A stretch of 64,000 nucleotides of DNA, from IMG/VR virus record IMGVR_UViG_3300037466_002099; one strand, 5' to 3'. This document shows, in pieces, positions 1 through 9,799 of this stretch (the first letter of the stretch is position 1; each line of letters begins with the position of its first letter). The position numbers and the translations under genes were made by a program. Source of the DNA: an uncultured virus (IMG/VR IMGVR_UViG_3300037466_002099) (taxonomy: Duplodnaviria > Heunggongvirae > Uroviricota > Caudoviricetes). The notes below the pieces were generated by a model that made no database searches, was not told where the DNA came from, and saw nothing but the letters and a program-made list of their open reading frames with translations.

Positions 1-1050
1 CCGGAGGATTTGACGCGCAGCTCGCCGTCTCGGGCGACGGTGCACCAAACGCTCGGAGGTGCCTGGGCGGATAACTTCGGGCCGGGCATCGATCAAATTT
101 CGATCAGCGGCCACACCGGCTGGCGGCGACGCGACGGCAGCAACCTCGACGGGCAGGAGCGTTTTACGCAGCTCAAGGCACAGGTCTTTGACGAATGGCA
201 TGCGCGCCGGCGCGACGCCATTCGCAACGGGCAAGATCCGGATACGGTCCAGCTCATATTCGCCGATGCGCTCGACAACTTCGCCGTGGTCGTGCTGCCG
301 GGCAGCTTCACTCTGCGCCGCTCGCGCTCGCGCCCGCTCATCTCGCAATATCAAATCGCCATGACGGTGCTCGACCAGAACATCGATCAGGCGCAATACC
401 TGACGCCGGTCACTACGTCGAAGTCGGCGAACGGCCTGGAAGCGCTCGGCCTGGATAGCTTGACGGCCTCGATTGGCGAGATCAACGGATACATCGGCGA
501 CATTCAGAACTTCGTCGACAAGACGATTGCGGCGCCGGTCAAGTCCTTCATGGACCAGACCGCCCGGCTGTATGGCGCAGTGCGCGGTTCCATCGCCAAA
601 ATCGACGGGCTGGCCGGCTCGCTGATTTCGGTCGCGCAAATGACCGCCAAGGCCGGCATCAACATATTTCGGACCCTGGCGGCCGTGGCGAGCATTCCAG
701 GGCACATCAAATCGCGGCTGATGCAGATCGCGGGTGCTTACTCCAACATTTTCTGCGTTCTGAAGAACGCGCTGCACCAGCAGATTTACTATCCGGACTA
801 CTCGCCGCTTTTCGGCTCCTCGAACTGCTCGTCGACCTCCGGCGGTCGCCCGATCAGCTCCTTGTCCGGCCAGAACCCGTTCTATTCGGTCGTGCCCACG
901 CGCGACCCGTTGCCGATCTCGCTGAGCTCGGGAGCGCAGACGAACCTGCGCGCGCTGGCGTCCAGTGACCCGGTACTCGCGCCGATGTCGACAAGCTCGA
1001 TCGGGAGCGCCTTGTCCCAGGTTACGGGCGGAATGTCGGTGCTCGCATGA
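1..1050 (+). CDS. Putative tail/baseplate hub protein (5'-truncated by the window)
   Basis: Frame is open from position 1 (PEDLTRSS...); directly upstream of baseplate genes; function inferred from position. Confidence 0.5.
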   Translation, partial: PEDLTRSSPSRATVHQTLGGAWADNFGPGIDQISISGHTGWRRRDGSNLDGQERFTQLKAQVFDEWHARRRDAIRNGQDPDTVQLIFADALDNFAVVVLPGSFTLRRSRSRPLISQYQIAMTVLDQNIDQAQYLTPVTTSKSANGLEALGLDSLTASIGEINGYIGDIQNFVDKTIAAPVKSFMDQTARLYGAVRGSIAKIDGLAGSLISVAQMTAKAGINIFRTLAAVASIPGHIKSRLMQIAGAYSNIFCVLKNALHQQIYYPDYSPLFGSSNCSSTSGGRPISSLSGQNPFYSVVPTRDPLPISLSSGAQTNLRALASSDPVLAPMSTSSIGSALSQVTGGMSVLA

Positions 1051-1667
1051 CAACGATCTTCGACAAACCGCTCAACGGCTTCCGCTTCGTCGAGACGCGC
1101 TATGGCGACACGCTGCAGGCGATCGCGGCGCGCGAGCTGGGTGATGCCGCGCGCTGGGTTGACCTTATTGCCTTCAACGGTCTGGTGCCGCCGTACCTGA
1201 CGGACGATCCGACCGCTGTGGCGGATGGCGTCTTGCTGACGGGCTCGTTGATCAAGCTGCCGGCGCCGGTTGCCGTGGTCTCGGCCGCCACGGAACCGGA
1301 CCTCGTATTTGGGCGTGATATCTCCCTCAACCGGGGCCAGCTTTTTGACGACGGCAGCGGCGACTTGGCGGTAGTCGCCGGCCGCGAGAACCTGAAGCAA
1401 GCGATCAAGAATCGGATCGATACCGAGCGCGGCGAACTCCTGTTTCACCTTCCCTACGGCTCGTTGCATCGGCGCCTGATAGGCACGGTCAACGGCCCAA
1501 CGGCGGCGCTCTTGGCGGCGCAATATGTAAAGTCTGCTTTGCAGGACGAAAGCCGCATTCGCAAGGTCAACGATTCGACCGCGAACGTGGCAGGGGATGT
1601 CGTCAGCGTAACCGTTGAGGTGCAGCCGGTCACCGGCAAGGCCGTAAGCGTGACCTCGAGCACATAG
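1047..1667 (+). CDS. Baseplate wedge protein (LysM-like N-terminus plus gp25/GPW-like domain)
   Basis: GDTLQAIAARELGDAARWVDL is LysM-like; C-terminal DL..V.G.ENLKQAI..RI.TERGEL.FH..YGS is gp25-like. Confidence 0.75.
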   Translation: MTTIFDKPLNGFRFVETRYGDTLQAIAARELGDAARWVDLIAFNGLVPPYLTDDPTAVADGVLLTGSLIKLPAPVAVVSAATEPDLVFGRDISLNRGQLFDDGSGDLAVVAGRENLKQAIKNRIDTERGELLFHLPYGSLHRRLIGTVNGPTAALLAAQYVKSALQDESRIRKVNDSTANVAGDVVSVTVEVQPVTGKAVSVTSST

Positions 1668-1675
1668 GATATATT

Positions 1676-2791
1676 ATGGCCTTTCAGATAAAAGACTTCG
1701 CGTCGATTACCGCATCCATGATCAACTGGATGAAGTCGACGCAGCAAAAAATTACCGACTTCAATATCGGCTCCATCGTCCGCACGATGTTGGAGGCGAT
1801 CGCCGCCGAGATCGACGAGCTCTACCAGCAATTTTTCATCGGCCTTAAGGAAGCTATTCCTGTCGCAACATATAACACGTTCGACTTCGCCAAGCGGGCG
1901 GCGACGCCTGCGTCCGGGATTGTCCGTGTGACGATCACCTCGTCGGGCTCCAACACGTTGATTGCTGCCGGTACGACGCTTTCCATCGTCGGCTCGTCGG
2001 TCACCTACAGCGTGAACCAAGACACGACGATTCTTGCGGGCAACACCTACGCCGACGTGCTGGTGACGGCGACGACGGCGGGCTCGGCCGGCAACATTGC
2101 AGCGGGTCAATCTTTCACGATGGCGCCCCAGTCGCCCGGCTTCGTCTCGGCCTCAAACTCCGCCGCCTTTATCAGCGGCGCCGACGAGGAAAGCGACGAC
2201 GACCGTAAGCTGCGCTTCAATGCCTATATCCAGTCCCTCAACAGGGGTACGGTCGCGGCGATCATCTACGGCATGAAGACGACTTATCTCACTGACGCGC
2301 AGGGCAACCCGATTGAGCGCGTCGTCGCCGCATCGGTCGTCGAACCCTACGAGACGGATAATACCCAGCCGGTCGCGCTGGTGAATTGCTATATCCACAA
2401 TGGCGTCGGCAGCACATCGTCGTCGCTTGTCAACAAAACCAAGAGCGTGCTGTACGGCTATTACGACAGCAACGGCAACGCCGTCCCGGGCTGGAAAGCG
2501 GCCGGCGTGCATTTCGAGGTATTTGCCGCGACCGAGCAGGCAGTCACTATAACCGGCGTGCTGACAGCCTTGGCCGGCTACGACAAGCCAACGCTCGTTC
2601 TCGCCGCTCAAGCGGCGCTGTCCGCCTACGTGACAGGGCTGGATATCGGCGTCACGGCGATCAAGTCCGAAATGATCGCCTTGGTGATGAACATCGAGGG
2701 CGTCTACAACTTCACCTTGTCGTCGCCCGCAGGCGACACCACGGCAAACCAGCAGACCAAGCTGATGCCTGGAACCATCACGATTACCTGA
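1676..2791 (+). CDS. Baseplate J-like protein
   Basis: TDFNIGSIVRT, GSAGN and GADEESDDD..LR motifs; 371 aa; follows the wedge gene. Confidence 0.85.
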   Translation: MAFQIKDFASITASMINWMKSTQQKITDFNIGSIVRTMLEAIAAEIDELYQQFFIGLKEAIPVATYNTFDFAKRAATPASGIVRVTITSSGSNTLIAAGTTLSIVGSSVTYSVNQDTTILAGNTYADVLVTATTAGSAGNIAAGQSFTMAPQSPGFVSASNSAAFISGADEESDDDRKLRFNAYIQSLNRGTVAAIIYGMKTTYLTDAQGNPIERVVAASVVEPYETDNTQPVALVNCYIHNGVGSTSSSLVNKTKSVLYGYYDSNGNAVPGWKAAGVHFEVFAATEQAVTITGVLTALAGYDKPTLVLAAQAALSAYVTGLDIGVTAIKSEMIALVMNIEGVYNFTLSSPAGDTTANQQTKLMPGTITIT

Positions 2792-2792
2792 T

Positions 2793-3899
2793 ATGCGGCT
2801 GACCAAAAAGCTCCTTTCGTTCCTGCATCGGGTATTCGATAAGGATCCGACGCCATTCTTAGCGCTGCGCCTGAGCTACGGCGGCACGTCCATGACGTGG
2901 GCCGTATCGGATGCAGTCCTGAAGACGACCGTCGCCGGCGGCCCGGGCGCCAATCTTTCCGTCGACCTGAAGCAATACACGATCGCCGGGCTCGTCGCCT
3001 ATCTGGCGGCGCAGCCGGGATATTCCGTGCTCTACGCGGACACGTCCGACCTGTCCAAGCTGTCGGCGCGCGTGCTCCTCGACGCCTCGGGCGACATATC
3101 CCAGTCCAACGGCGACCATCTTTACGGCTATACCAGCGTCCTCTGGTCCTACCTCGAAGCCAGCGCGAATGAGCTCGCCAACGCCAAGGCGCAAGTCGAC
3201 GAGGCGATCAAGCAGATAACGACGGTCACGGCTTCGGGCGAGTGGCTGGACGAGCTGGGCGGCTACTATGGCGTGCCGCGCCTGCAAGGCGAGCTCGACG
3301 ATCAATACGGCCCTCGCATCATCGCCGAGGTGCTGCGCCCGCGCGCCAACAATGTCGCGATGGAAGCGGCGATTTCCGCCTACACCGGCCAGTCGACGAC
3401 TGTGACCGACGTTACGCTCTACACGCTTTCGCCTCCAATTTATAACGGCCTGTACAACTACGACGGCACGCAGCATCACAACTCGGCCTCGGTGCCGCGC
3501 TATGGCTTGTTCGATGTCCAGTACGCTTATGACTTGATCGGCGGCGGCGACATCACGGATTTCCAGCAAGTCGTGCACGACCTGATCAACCGCTTGCGCG
3601 ACGCCGGCACGCAGCTCCGCTCGCTGTCCCTGGTAGGCTCGACGATTTTTGACACGTTGACGGCGCCGACCGACAGCATGCCGGGAATGGCGGTTTCTAT
3701 TCCCCTGGACGACGCGCTGACGGCGCCGACCGAGACGACCAGCATCGCAACGAATCTTGACCTGGGGAGCGACACGCTGTCGGCACCGACCGACGACGAG
3801 ACGATCACGATTTCCTATTCGACTACCTATAACGGACTTCGCACCCACGATGGCAGCGTTCCCTATAGCAGCGGCAGCTCCATACCCGAGACACTGTAG
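2793..3899 (+). CDS. Baseplate wedge (gpI/gp48-like) protein with internal DTLTAPTD-like repeats
   Basis: TASGEWLDELG.YYGVPRL.GE.DDQY..RI motif; three D.L.APT[DE] repeats; follows baseplate J. Confidence 0.65.
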   Translation: MRLTKKLLSFLHRVFDKDPTPFLALRLSYGGTSMTWAVSDAVLKTTVAGGPGANLSVDLKQYTIAGLVAYLAAQPGYSVLYADTSDLSKLSARVLLDASGDISQSNGDHLYGYTSVLWSYLEASANELANAKAQVDEAIKQITTVTASGEWLDELGGYYGVPRLQGELDDQYGPRIIAEVLRPRANNVAMEAAISAYTGQSTTVTDVTLYTLSPPIYNGLYNYDGTQHHNSASVPRYGLFDVQYAYDLIGGGDITDFQQVVHDLINRLRDAGTQLRSLSLVGSTIFDTLTAPTDSMPGMAVSIPLDDALTAPTETTSIATNLDLGSDTLSAPTDDETITISYSTTYNGLRTHDGSVPYSSGSSIPETL

Positions 3900-3904
3900 C
3901 AAGG

Positions 3905-3919
3905 TCGTGACGCCATAAT
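3905..3919 (+). promoter_or_regulatory. Putative late promoter TCGTGA-cgc-CATAAT
   Basis: One of 9 intergenic copies with identical spacing. Confidence 0.65.
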
Positions 3920-3943
3920 CCGATCATCAACACGGAGAATGGC

Positions 3944-4414
3944 GTGGATAAACTCGTACCCGGATGCTGCTTGAACGTTAGCGACTTCGCGGAAGCGCCG
4001 AGCGGTCTATTTTTGCTCAATATTTATCGGCGCGGCGAATTGATCGAGGTTTTCGAGGAAAAGAACCTCATCGTCGACAACTCCAAGCAGATTCACGCCA
4101 AGTTGCTCGGCGGCTCCGTTTCCAATCAAAGCGTTACGCAAATCGGCTTCGGAACGAGCGGCACGGCGCCGGCGAGCGGCAATACTACGCTCACGAGCGC
4201 GTACACCAAAGCGATCGATACCGTCACCTATCCGCTGACCAATCAGGTTTCGTTCAATTTCTCGCTCGGCACGGGCGAGGCGAACGGTAAGGCCATCATG
4301 GAATTCGGCCTATTTACCGCCGGCAATACTCTCTACGCGCGCAAGGTTCGCTCGGTCGCCCTGAACAAAGATACCGACATTACGCTGTCGGGGTCTTGGA
4401 TTATTTCTTTCTAA
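3944..4414 (+). CDS. Tail fibre-associated/baseplate-anchoring protein
   Basis: KNLIVD, IGFGTSG, EANG..I.EFGLF...LYARKV pattern of tail-fibre attachment modules; GGAG RBS. Confidence 0.6.
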   Translation: MDKLVPGCCLNVSDFAEAPSGLFLLNIYRRGELIEVFEEKNLIVDNSKQIHAKLLGGSVSNQSVTQIGFGTSGTAPASGNTTLTSAYTKAIDTVTYPLTNQVSFNFSLGTGEANGKAIMEFGLFTAGNTLYARKVRSVALNKDTDITLSGSWIISF

Positions 4415-4422
4415 GGTAGGCA

Positions 4423-5766
4423 ATGGCAAATCTTCCCGAATCCGCTACCTACGATGCTGGCGTCTACCAGATTGAGACAACCGACCCGGTGCAGGGCGGC
4501 GTGTCCGGCGTTACGAATTCGCCGCTGAAAAATCTTACCAATCGCACCGCGTACCTCAAGCAGCACATCGACGCCATCGAGGCCGGCACGTTTATCCCGC
4601 CCGGCATCGCCGTCCTGAACTCGCCTGCTTTCACAGGTGATCCGACGGCGCCGACCGCGCCGCTGGGTGATAACGACACCTCGATCGCAACGACGGCATT
4701 CGTGCAAGGCACGCTGCGTGGCGTGCTGTCCAAGAGCGTCGCCGGCGGCGTCAACGTCACCCTGACGGCTGTCGAAGCTGGCAACGGCATTCTGATTTTC
4801 ACCGGTACGCTGACGGCAAATATCGCCGTGATCGTGCCGTCGAACGGAGGCCGCTGGCAGGTCGTCAACTCCACGTCCGGCGCCTTCTCGCTGACCGTCA
4901 AGACGGCTGCGGGGAGTGGCGTTACGGTCGCCCAAGGCAAGTCGCGCATCCTCTACTGCGACGCCACGAACGTTAATTACGGCGACACCGACTGGACCGA
5001 TCTGGCACTGACCGGCAACCCGACAGCGCCGACGGCGGCAGTCGGTGACAGTGACACGTCGATTGCAACGACTGCGTTCGTCCAGGCGGCGATCAGCGGC
5101 CTTATCACCGTCAACGTTGCAGGAAACACTGACGTTACGCTGACGCAATCGCAGTGGGGCTACGGCATCCTGAAGCTTACTGGCGCCTTGACTGGCAATA
5201 TCAACGTGATCGTGCCGGCGCAGGCGGATGAGTGGATCGTCCAGAACAACACGACTGGCTCGTATTCGGTAACGCTCAAAACGGCTTCCGGCACCGGCGC
5301 GCTGTGCGCGCAAGGTCAAAGTGTCTTGGCCTACTGCGACGGAACCAATGTCACTTTGGCCGGCTCAGCGGCGCAAACGTCATTCACTTATTCGCGCACC
5401 ATTGCGACGGCCGGGCAGACCAGCTTCAACGCGGTCTACACGCCGGGCAACCTCATCGTCTTCAAGAACGGCGGCCTGCTCGACCAGACAGACTACACCG
5501 CGACGGATGGCGCGCATGTGGTGCTCGGTTCAGGCGCCAATGTGAACGACGAAATCGTCATCTATGCCTTCTCGTCATTCACCGTCAGCGGTGCCGTCAG
5601 CAAGTCGGGCGACACGATGACTGGTGCGCTGACTCTTGCCGCCGGGTCTACGGCACCGACGCCTACCGCCGGCGACAACAGCACTTTGCTTGCCACGACC
5701 GCATTTGTGCAGGCCGCCGCAGGCGGTTCTGCGGCTTCGCTTTACAACTTCGAACATTTCGTCTGA
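4423..5766 (+). CDS. Tail fibre protein
   Basis: N-terminal YQIET.DPV.GG..G..N.PLK.L.NRT.YLK; three PT..GD...ATTAFVQ repeats; duplicated ~115-aa module. Confidence 0.85.
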   Translation: MANLPESATYDAGVYQIETTDPVQGGVSGVTNSPLKNLTNRTAYLKQHIDAIEAGTFIPPGIAVLNSPAFTGDPTAPTAPLGDNDTSIATTAFVQGTLRGVLSKSVAGGVNVTLTAVEAGNGILIFTGTLTANIAVIVPSNGGRWQVVNSTSGAFSLTVKTAAGSGVTVAQGKSRILYCDATNVNYGDTDWTDLALTGNPTAPTAAVGDSDTSIATTAFVQAAISGLITVNVAGNTDVTLTQSQWGYGILKLTGALTGNINVIVPAQADEWIVQNNTTGSYSVTLKTASGTGALCAQGQSVLAYCDGTNVTLAGSAAQTSFTYSRTIATAGQTSFNAVYTPGNLIVFKNGGLLDQTDYTATDGAHVVLGSGANVNDEIVIYAFSSFTVSGAVSKSGDTMTGALTLAAGSTAPTPTAGDNSTLLATTAFVQAAAGGSAASLYNFEHFV

Positions 5767-5776
5767 GGGATAGCAC

Positions 5777-6160
5777 ATGTCCAGTTCTCCGCAATTCACC
5801 ACGACGCCGAAGGTCGGCATCGGCGCGCTGAGCGTAGCCAACACCAATCGCGACGGCACCGGTACGATCGCTACCATCTTCTCGGCCGGCGCCAGCGGGT
5901 CGCGAGTCGACAAGGCGGTCATCAAGGCAACCGGAACCACGACTGCCGGCATGGTGCGCCTTTTCGTCCACAACGGTACGTCCGCGTCGCTGCTGACAGA
6001 GATCCCGGTGTCTGCGATTACCGTCGGCGCAAACACACCGGGCTTCGAGACCGTGGTCGACTTCCTGGGCGGCTTGGTCCTGCCGACCGGCTACTCGCTG
6101 CGAGCCTCTACGCACAACGCCGAGGCTTTCAACGTGACTGCGTTCGGAGGTGACTTCTAA
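5777..6160 (+). CDS. Tail-associated hypothetical protein
   Basis: GAGG RBS; closely coupled within the tail fibre operon. Confidence 0.55.
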   Translation: MSSSPQFTTTPKVGIGALSVANTNRDGTGTIATIFSAGASGSRVDKAVIKATGTTTAGMVRLFVHNGTSASLLTEIPVSAITVGANTPGFETVVDFLGGLVLPTGYSLRASTHNAEAFNVTAFGGDF

Positions 6161-7017
6161 TGTCGAACTTCGGACTCAAGGGGTTTCCCCAATACTCGCT
6201 GAACAACAACAGCGCATCGAGCTCGAGCAGCACGTTCCTCGGCGCGCTTCCCGGCGTCGGCACCGTAGCTGGCCTGGGCGGCTCGATGAAGCCGTCCATC
6301 ATCCTGTTCGATACCATCTCCGGCACTCGAAATTTCACGGTTCCGGCCGGCGTGTACAAGATCCGCGCGTTCGTGGTAGGCGCTGGCGGCGGCGGGAGTG
6401 GCAGCGGCGGCTCGGGTGGCGGGTACTCCGAAAAGGTCATCAACGTCTCGCCCGGTCAGGTCTTTTCCTACACGGTTGGCGCGGCTGGAACCGGTAGCAC
6501 GGGTAGCCCGACGGCCGGCGGCACCTCCTCGTTCGGCGGCATCATCTCTGCGACAGGCGGCGCCGCCAACGGAGGCACGGTGGGTGCCGGCAGCGGCGGC
6601 GATACCAACACTTCTGGCGGTCTCGGCGTGGGCGGCGGCGGCGCTAGTGGTCACCGTTTCGGGAATGGATTTTCCGGGGGGCCGACTGGCGGCGGCGGCG
6701 GCTGGTCTGCCAAAGGGCAGGGGAATGGTTCGGGCGGTGCCGGGGGCGTCGATGGGTTCGCGCTCGGTCTTGCGCCCGGGGCGGGGGGGGCTGTTGCAAC
6801 CTCATTCGGTGCTGCGGGCGGTTACGGCGCTGGCGGCGGCGCAGGGTCCGGCAGTAGCGCTGTTGGAGGAATGGGCGGGATCGGCGGTGGCGGTGGCTGC
6901 GCAGCATCAACCTCGACGACGGGCGGCGATGGCGGGATCGGTGGCGGCGGCGGACAGGCAACAAGCACGCCGGGCAATGGCGGCGCAGGTGTGGTTGGCG
7001 TGGAGGTAATCGGATAA
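6160..7017 (+). CDS. Glycine-rich tail fibre/tip protein
   Basis: FTVPAGVYKIRAFVVGAGGGG glycine-rich domain signature followed by Gly-rich repeats. Confidence 0.7.
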   Translation: MSNFGLKGFPQYSLNNNSASSSSSTFLGALPGVGTVAGLGGSMKPSIILFDTISGTRNFTVPAGVYKIRAFVVGAGGGGSGSGGSGGGYSEKVINVSPGQVFSYTVGAAGTGSTGSPTAGGTSSFGGIISATGGAANGGTVGAGSGGDTNTSGGLGVGGGGASGHRFGNGFSGGPTGGGGGWSAKGQGNGSGGAGGVDGFALGLAPGAGGAVATSFGAAGGYGAGGGAGSGSSAVGGMGGIGGGGGCAASTSTTGGDGGIGGGGGQATSTPGNGGAGVVGVEVIG

Positions 7018-7436
7018 TGGCAAAGTATGCACGTTTGGATGCGGACGGCCGCGTCATCGAAATCTTCGAGCACGACGAGATCACGCCGGACATGGTTCAT
7101 GTGCCGGAGCTTGCCGCGCAATTCGAGCTGGTGCCCGACAATGTGACGCCGAACAGCGTCAAAAAGGGTAAGGGCAAGTGGGATATCGCGCCCGTTGCGT
7201 CCGGCGAGCCAGTCAGGTTGATAACGGCCGTAGAACTGCGCGCCTGCATGACGTTGGCCGACAAAATCAAATGGGACAACCCCGATACTGTCGATCCTGA
7301 AAAGCGCCCGGTCATCATCACGGCCAAGGCCGAGCTGTCGCACGGTGCACTGGATCCGGCGGCCGCCGAGACCAAGGAGCTGCTGCAGGCGCTCGTCGAC
7401 GCCGGCATCGGGTCGGTCGCCGGTCTGCTTAAATAG
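7017..7436 (+). CDS. Putative tail fibre assembly chaperone
   Basis: MAKYARL...G.VIEI N-terminus; position directly after the fibre gene. Confidence 0.5.
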   Translation: MAKYARLDADGRVIEIFEHDEITPDMVHVPELAAQFELVPDNVTPNSVKKGKGKWDIAPVASGEPVRLITAVELRACMTLADKIKWDNPDTVDPEKRPVIITAKAELSHGALDPAAAETKELLQALVDAGIGSVAGLLK

Positions 7437-7453
7437 AAAGGCTGGGCCGATGT

Positions 7454-7936
7454 GTGTCTCAAATCTCTTCGTTCTTTGACGGCCTGCATGGCGTAATCTT
7501 TCCGTTCGGCGGAACGGTTGCGCCGGCTGGCTTTTTGATGTGCGATGGCTCGGCCGTCAGCCGCACGACCTACGCAACGCTGTTTGCGACCATCGGGACC
7601 GCTTTCGGTTCCGGCGACGGCAGCACGACGTTCAACCTGCCGGATACTCGCGGATATTTCATGCGTGGCACGGATAATGGCGCAGGCGTCGACATTGGTC
7701 GTTCGCATGGCTCCAAGCAACAGGATGCGATGCAGGGTCACCATCATTCTGCCGGCTACAACAGCGCGAAGAACTACACGACCGGCGCTGTTTCTGGTGA
7801 CTATCTTGGAGTTGCCGTCACTAATTTTGTGGATGCTGTCCTCGCTCCGACTTCCGACGGCAGCAACGGCACGCCACGAACGGCGGCCGAGACGCGGCCG
7901 AAAAATTTGGCGGTCAATTACATCATCAAGACTTAG
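7454..7936 (+). CDS. Phage tail collar domain protein
   Basis: G.I.PF.G..APAGFLMCDGSAVSRTTYATLFA.IGT.FG.GDGSTTFNLPD.RG.F.RG and ETRPKN.AVNYIIK. Confidence 0.9.
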   Translation: MSQISSFFDGLHGVIFPFGGTVAPAGFLMCDGSAVSRTTYATLFATIGTAFGSGDGSTTFNLPDTRGYFMRGTDNGAGVDIGRSHGSKQQDAMQGHHHSAGYNSAKNYTTGAVSGDYLGVAVTNFVDAVLAPTSDGSNGTPRTAAETRPKNLAVNYIIKT

Positions 7937-7949
7937 CAGGAGGTGAGGT

Positions 7950-8399
7950 ATGGGATTCGTGCGCGTCATTTTCAGCAGGCGGTCGAATCCCGGCAGCCTG
8001 CTTATCCGGACGGTCCTGTGGTCAGCGTGGTCGCATTGCGGCATCGTCGATGGCGATCAGGTCATCGAGGCGGCTATGTTTCATGGCGTGCGCGAGCGTT
8101 CCTTGGACGACTTCAAAAAGGACGCTAGCAAATGGGAAATCATCGAGATCCCGGTGCGCGATTCGTCGGCCATTATCGCCGCCGCTCGCTCTCGAATCGG
8201 CGAGCCCTACGACTGGCTCGGCGTGCTGGCGCTCTTGGTCCACATCGATCTTCAGCGGCCTATGATGGACTTTTGCTCGAAGCTGGTCGCCTGGGCTTTT
8301 GCCACGGCCGGAGAGCCGCTATTCCGCGTTGAAGTATGGCGCATCACGCCGCGCGACCTCTATATCCGCTACTATGAGCCGCTGCCCTTAGCGGCCTGA
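7950..8399 (+). CDS. Permuted papain-like NlpC/P60 (YiiX/YaeF-like) protein
   Basis: WSHCGI (His), IG.PYD and FCSKLVAWA (Cys) in permuted order. Confidence 0.8.
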   Translation: MGFVRVIFSRRSNPGSLLIRTVLWSAWSHCGIVDGDQVIEAAMFHGVRERSLDDFKKDASKWEIIEIPVRDSSAIIAAARSRIGEPYDWLGVLALLVHIDLQRPMMDFCSKLVAWAFATAGEPLFRVEVWRITPRDLYIRYYEPLPLAA

Positions 8400-8408
8400 G
8401 CGCCGATG

Positions 8409-8423
8409 TCGTGACGATAGGAT
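8409..8423 (+). promoter_or_regulatory. Putative late promoter TCGTGA-cga-TAGGAT (lysis cassette)
   Basis: Motif copy in the intergenic gap before the lysis genes. Confidence 0.65.
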
Positions 8424-8454
8424 TTAGTCATTGCAATCCTCGTCAGGCGCTCCC

Positions 8455-8766
8455 ATGAGAAATTTCAAACGTCTTGCGGCACTGATCGATCAGTCGGCTT
8501 GGTTGCTGATGCTGCCGGCCGCTTTCTTTCTGTGGCTGGCCGACCCGGCGATGATGAAGACGCTGCTGCAGTGGACGAGCTTTGCGCTCGTGATCGCCGG
8601 CGCCTGCGTCATCATCAGCCGCGTAATCTTCCCCCACATCGAACTGACCGAGCTCGTCGAGCGGGCGGTCGATAGCCGCAATGTCGCAGCCGGGATAGTG
8701 GCATCGGCGATCATCCTCTTCGTCGGCATCCTGATCCATTCTCTCATCTACTGGGCGAAGACATGA
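8455..8766 (+). CDS. Putative holin (about 3 TM segments)
   Basis: Three hydrophobic segments; directly precedes the endolysin; start at ATG 8455 or TTG 8431. Confidence 0.6.
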   Translation: MRNFKRLAALIDQSAWLLMLPAAFFLWLADPAMMKTLLQWTSFALVIAGACVIISRVIFPHIELTELVERAVDSRNVAAGIVASAIILFVGILIHSLIYWAKT

Positions 8767-9476
8767 TGCGTTGGGCGACCGCATTGCTGATAGCGATCGT
8801 CGCGGCGGCCTGCCCGGCTGCCGCGCAGTCGTTTAAGCTGCCGACCAACGCAACGGCCTATCTGCCTCTGCTGCGCGACGTGCAGCGTCAGTCGTGGGCG
8901 GATGCGCCATATCCATCCTTCCTGGCCGCGCAGGTCGAGCAAGAGACCTGCCCGAGCCTGACTAGCTCGAAGTGCTGGAACCCGCGCACCGAGCTCAAGA
9001 TGGCGCGCGAATATGGCTTCGGCCTGGGCCAGACGACCGTCGCTTATCGCAAGAACGGCTCCATCCGATTCGACAAGCAGGCCGAGCTGCGCGAGCAATA
9101 CGGCAGCCTTCGCGAATGGACCTGGGCGCGGCGCTTCGAGCCCAAGTATCAGCTCACCGCCCTGGTCGAGATGGACCACGGCATCTACAAGCATGTCACC
9201 GGCGCCGCCAGTCGGCTCGATCAGCTTGCATTCACTTTGTCCGGCTACAACGGCGGCGAGTCCGGCGTGCGCCAGGATCGGCTCTTGTGCCGCAATACCG
9301 ATGGCTGCGAGCCGTCGCGATGGTTCGGCAACGTCGAGCTCTACAGCCTGAAGACGAAAACAGCATTCAAAGGGTACGGGCAAAGTCCCTACCGCATCAA
9401 CCGCGACTACGTGCAGAACGTGATCAACGTTCGGCGACCGAAATACGAACCTTACTTTGGCGATCCCGAGAAATGA
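8763..9476 (+). CDS. Endolysin, lytic transglycosylase-like, with N-terminal signal
   Basis: AAQVEQET (catalytic Glu), GFGLGQ, SGYNGG and YVQNV motifs; hydrophobic N-terminus. Confidence 0.8.
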   Translation: MMRWATALLIAIVAAACPAAAQSFKLPTNATAYLPLLRDVQRQSWADAPYPSFLAAQVEQETCPSLTSSKCWNPRTELKMAREYGFGLGQTTVAYRKNGSIRFDKQAELREQYGSLREWTWARRFEPKYQLTALVEMDHGIYKHVTGAASRLDQLAFTLSGYNGGESGVRQDRLLCRNTDGCEPSRWFGNVELYSLKTKTAFKGYGQSPYRINRDYVQNVINVRRPKYEPYFGDPEK

Positions 9477-9799
9477 CCCCAGAAATGCAATACGTCCTGC
9501 TTGCCTTCAACGTCGTTTTCGGCATCGCCTCTTTTTTCGGGGGTGTCATCTTGAAAGGCATCATTAGCGACGTGCGCTCGCTGCAAGCGGCGAATATCGA
9601 GTTTATCCGACAGCTCGGCACATTTGCCACGCGAAGCGAGGTCAAGGCCGACGTGAACGAGGTGCGTTCTGAGACGCGGGATGCATTGGCAGACATCGCA
9701 CGGGCTCAGTCCGCAGGGTTCGAAAAGGTATTCGCCAAGCTCGACCTCATCCAGCAGCAGGTCGCCAACAAGGCGGACCGGGCAGAGCTCAAATCGTGA
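9473..9799 (+). CDS. Membrane-anchored coiled-coil lysis-module protein
   Basis: ATGA overlap with the endolysin stop; N-terminal TM segment (YVLLAFNVVFGIASFFGGVIL). Confidence 0.6.
   Translation: MTPEMQYVLLAFNVVFGIASFFGGVILKGIISDVRSLQAANIEFIRQLGTFATRSEVKADVNEVRSETRDALADIARAQSAGFEKVFAKLDLIQQQVANKADRAELKS

Noticed and set aside
4423..7936. Diversity-generating retroelement or invertible tail-fibre cassette
   Set aside because: No reverse transcriptase, invertase or adenine-specific TR/VR pair seen; repeats are diverged protein modules
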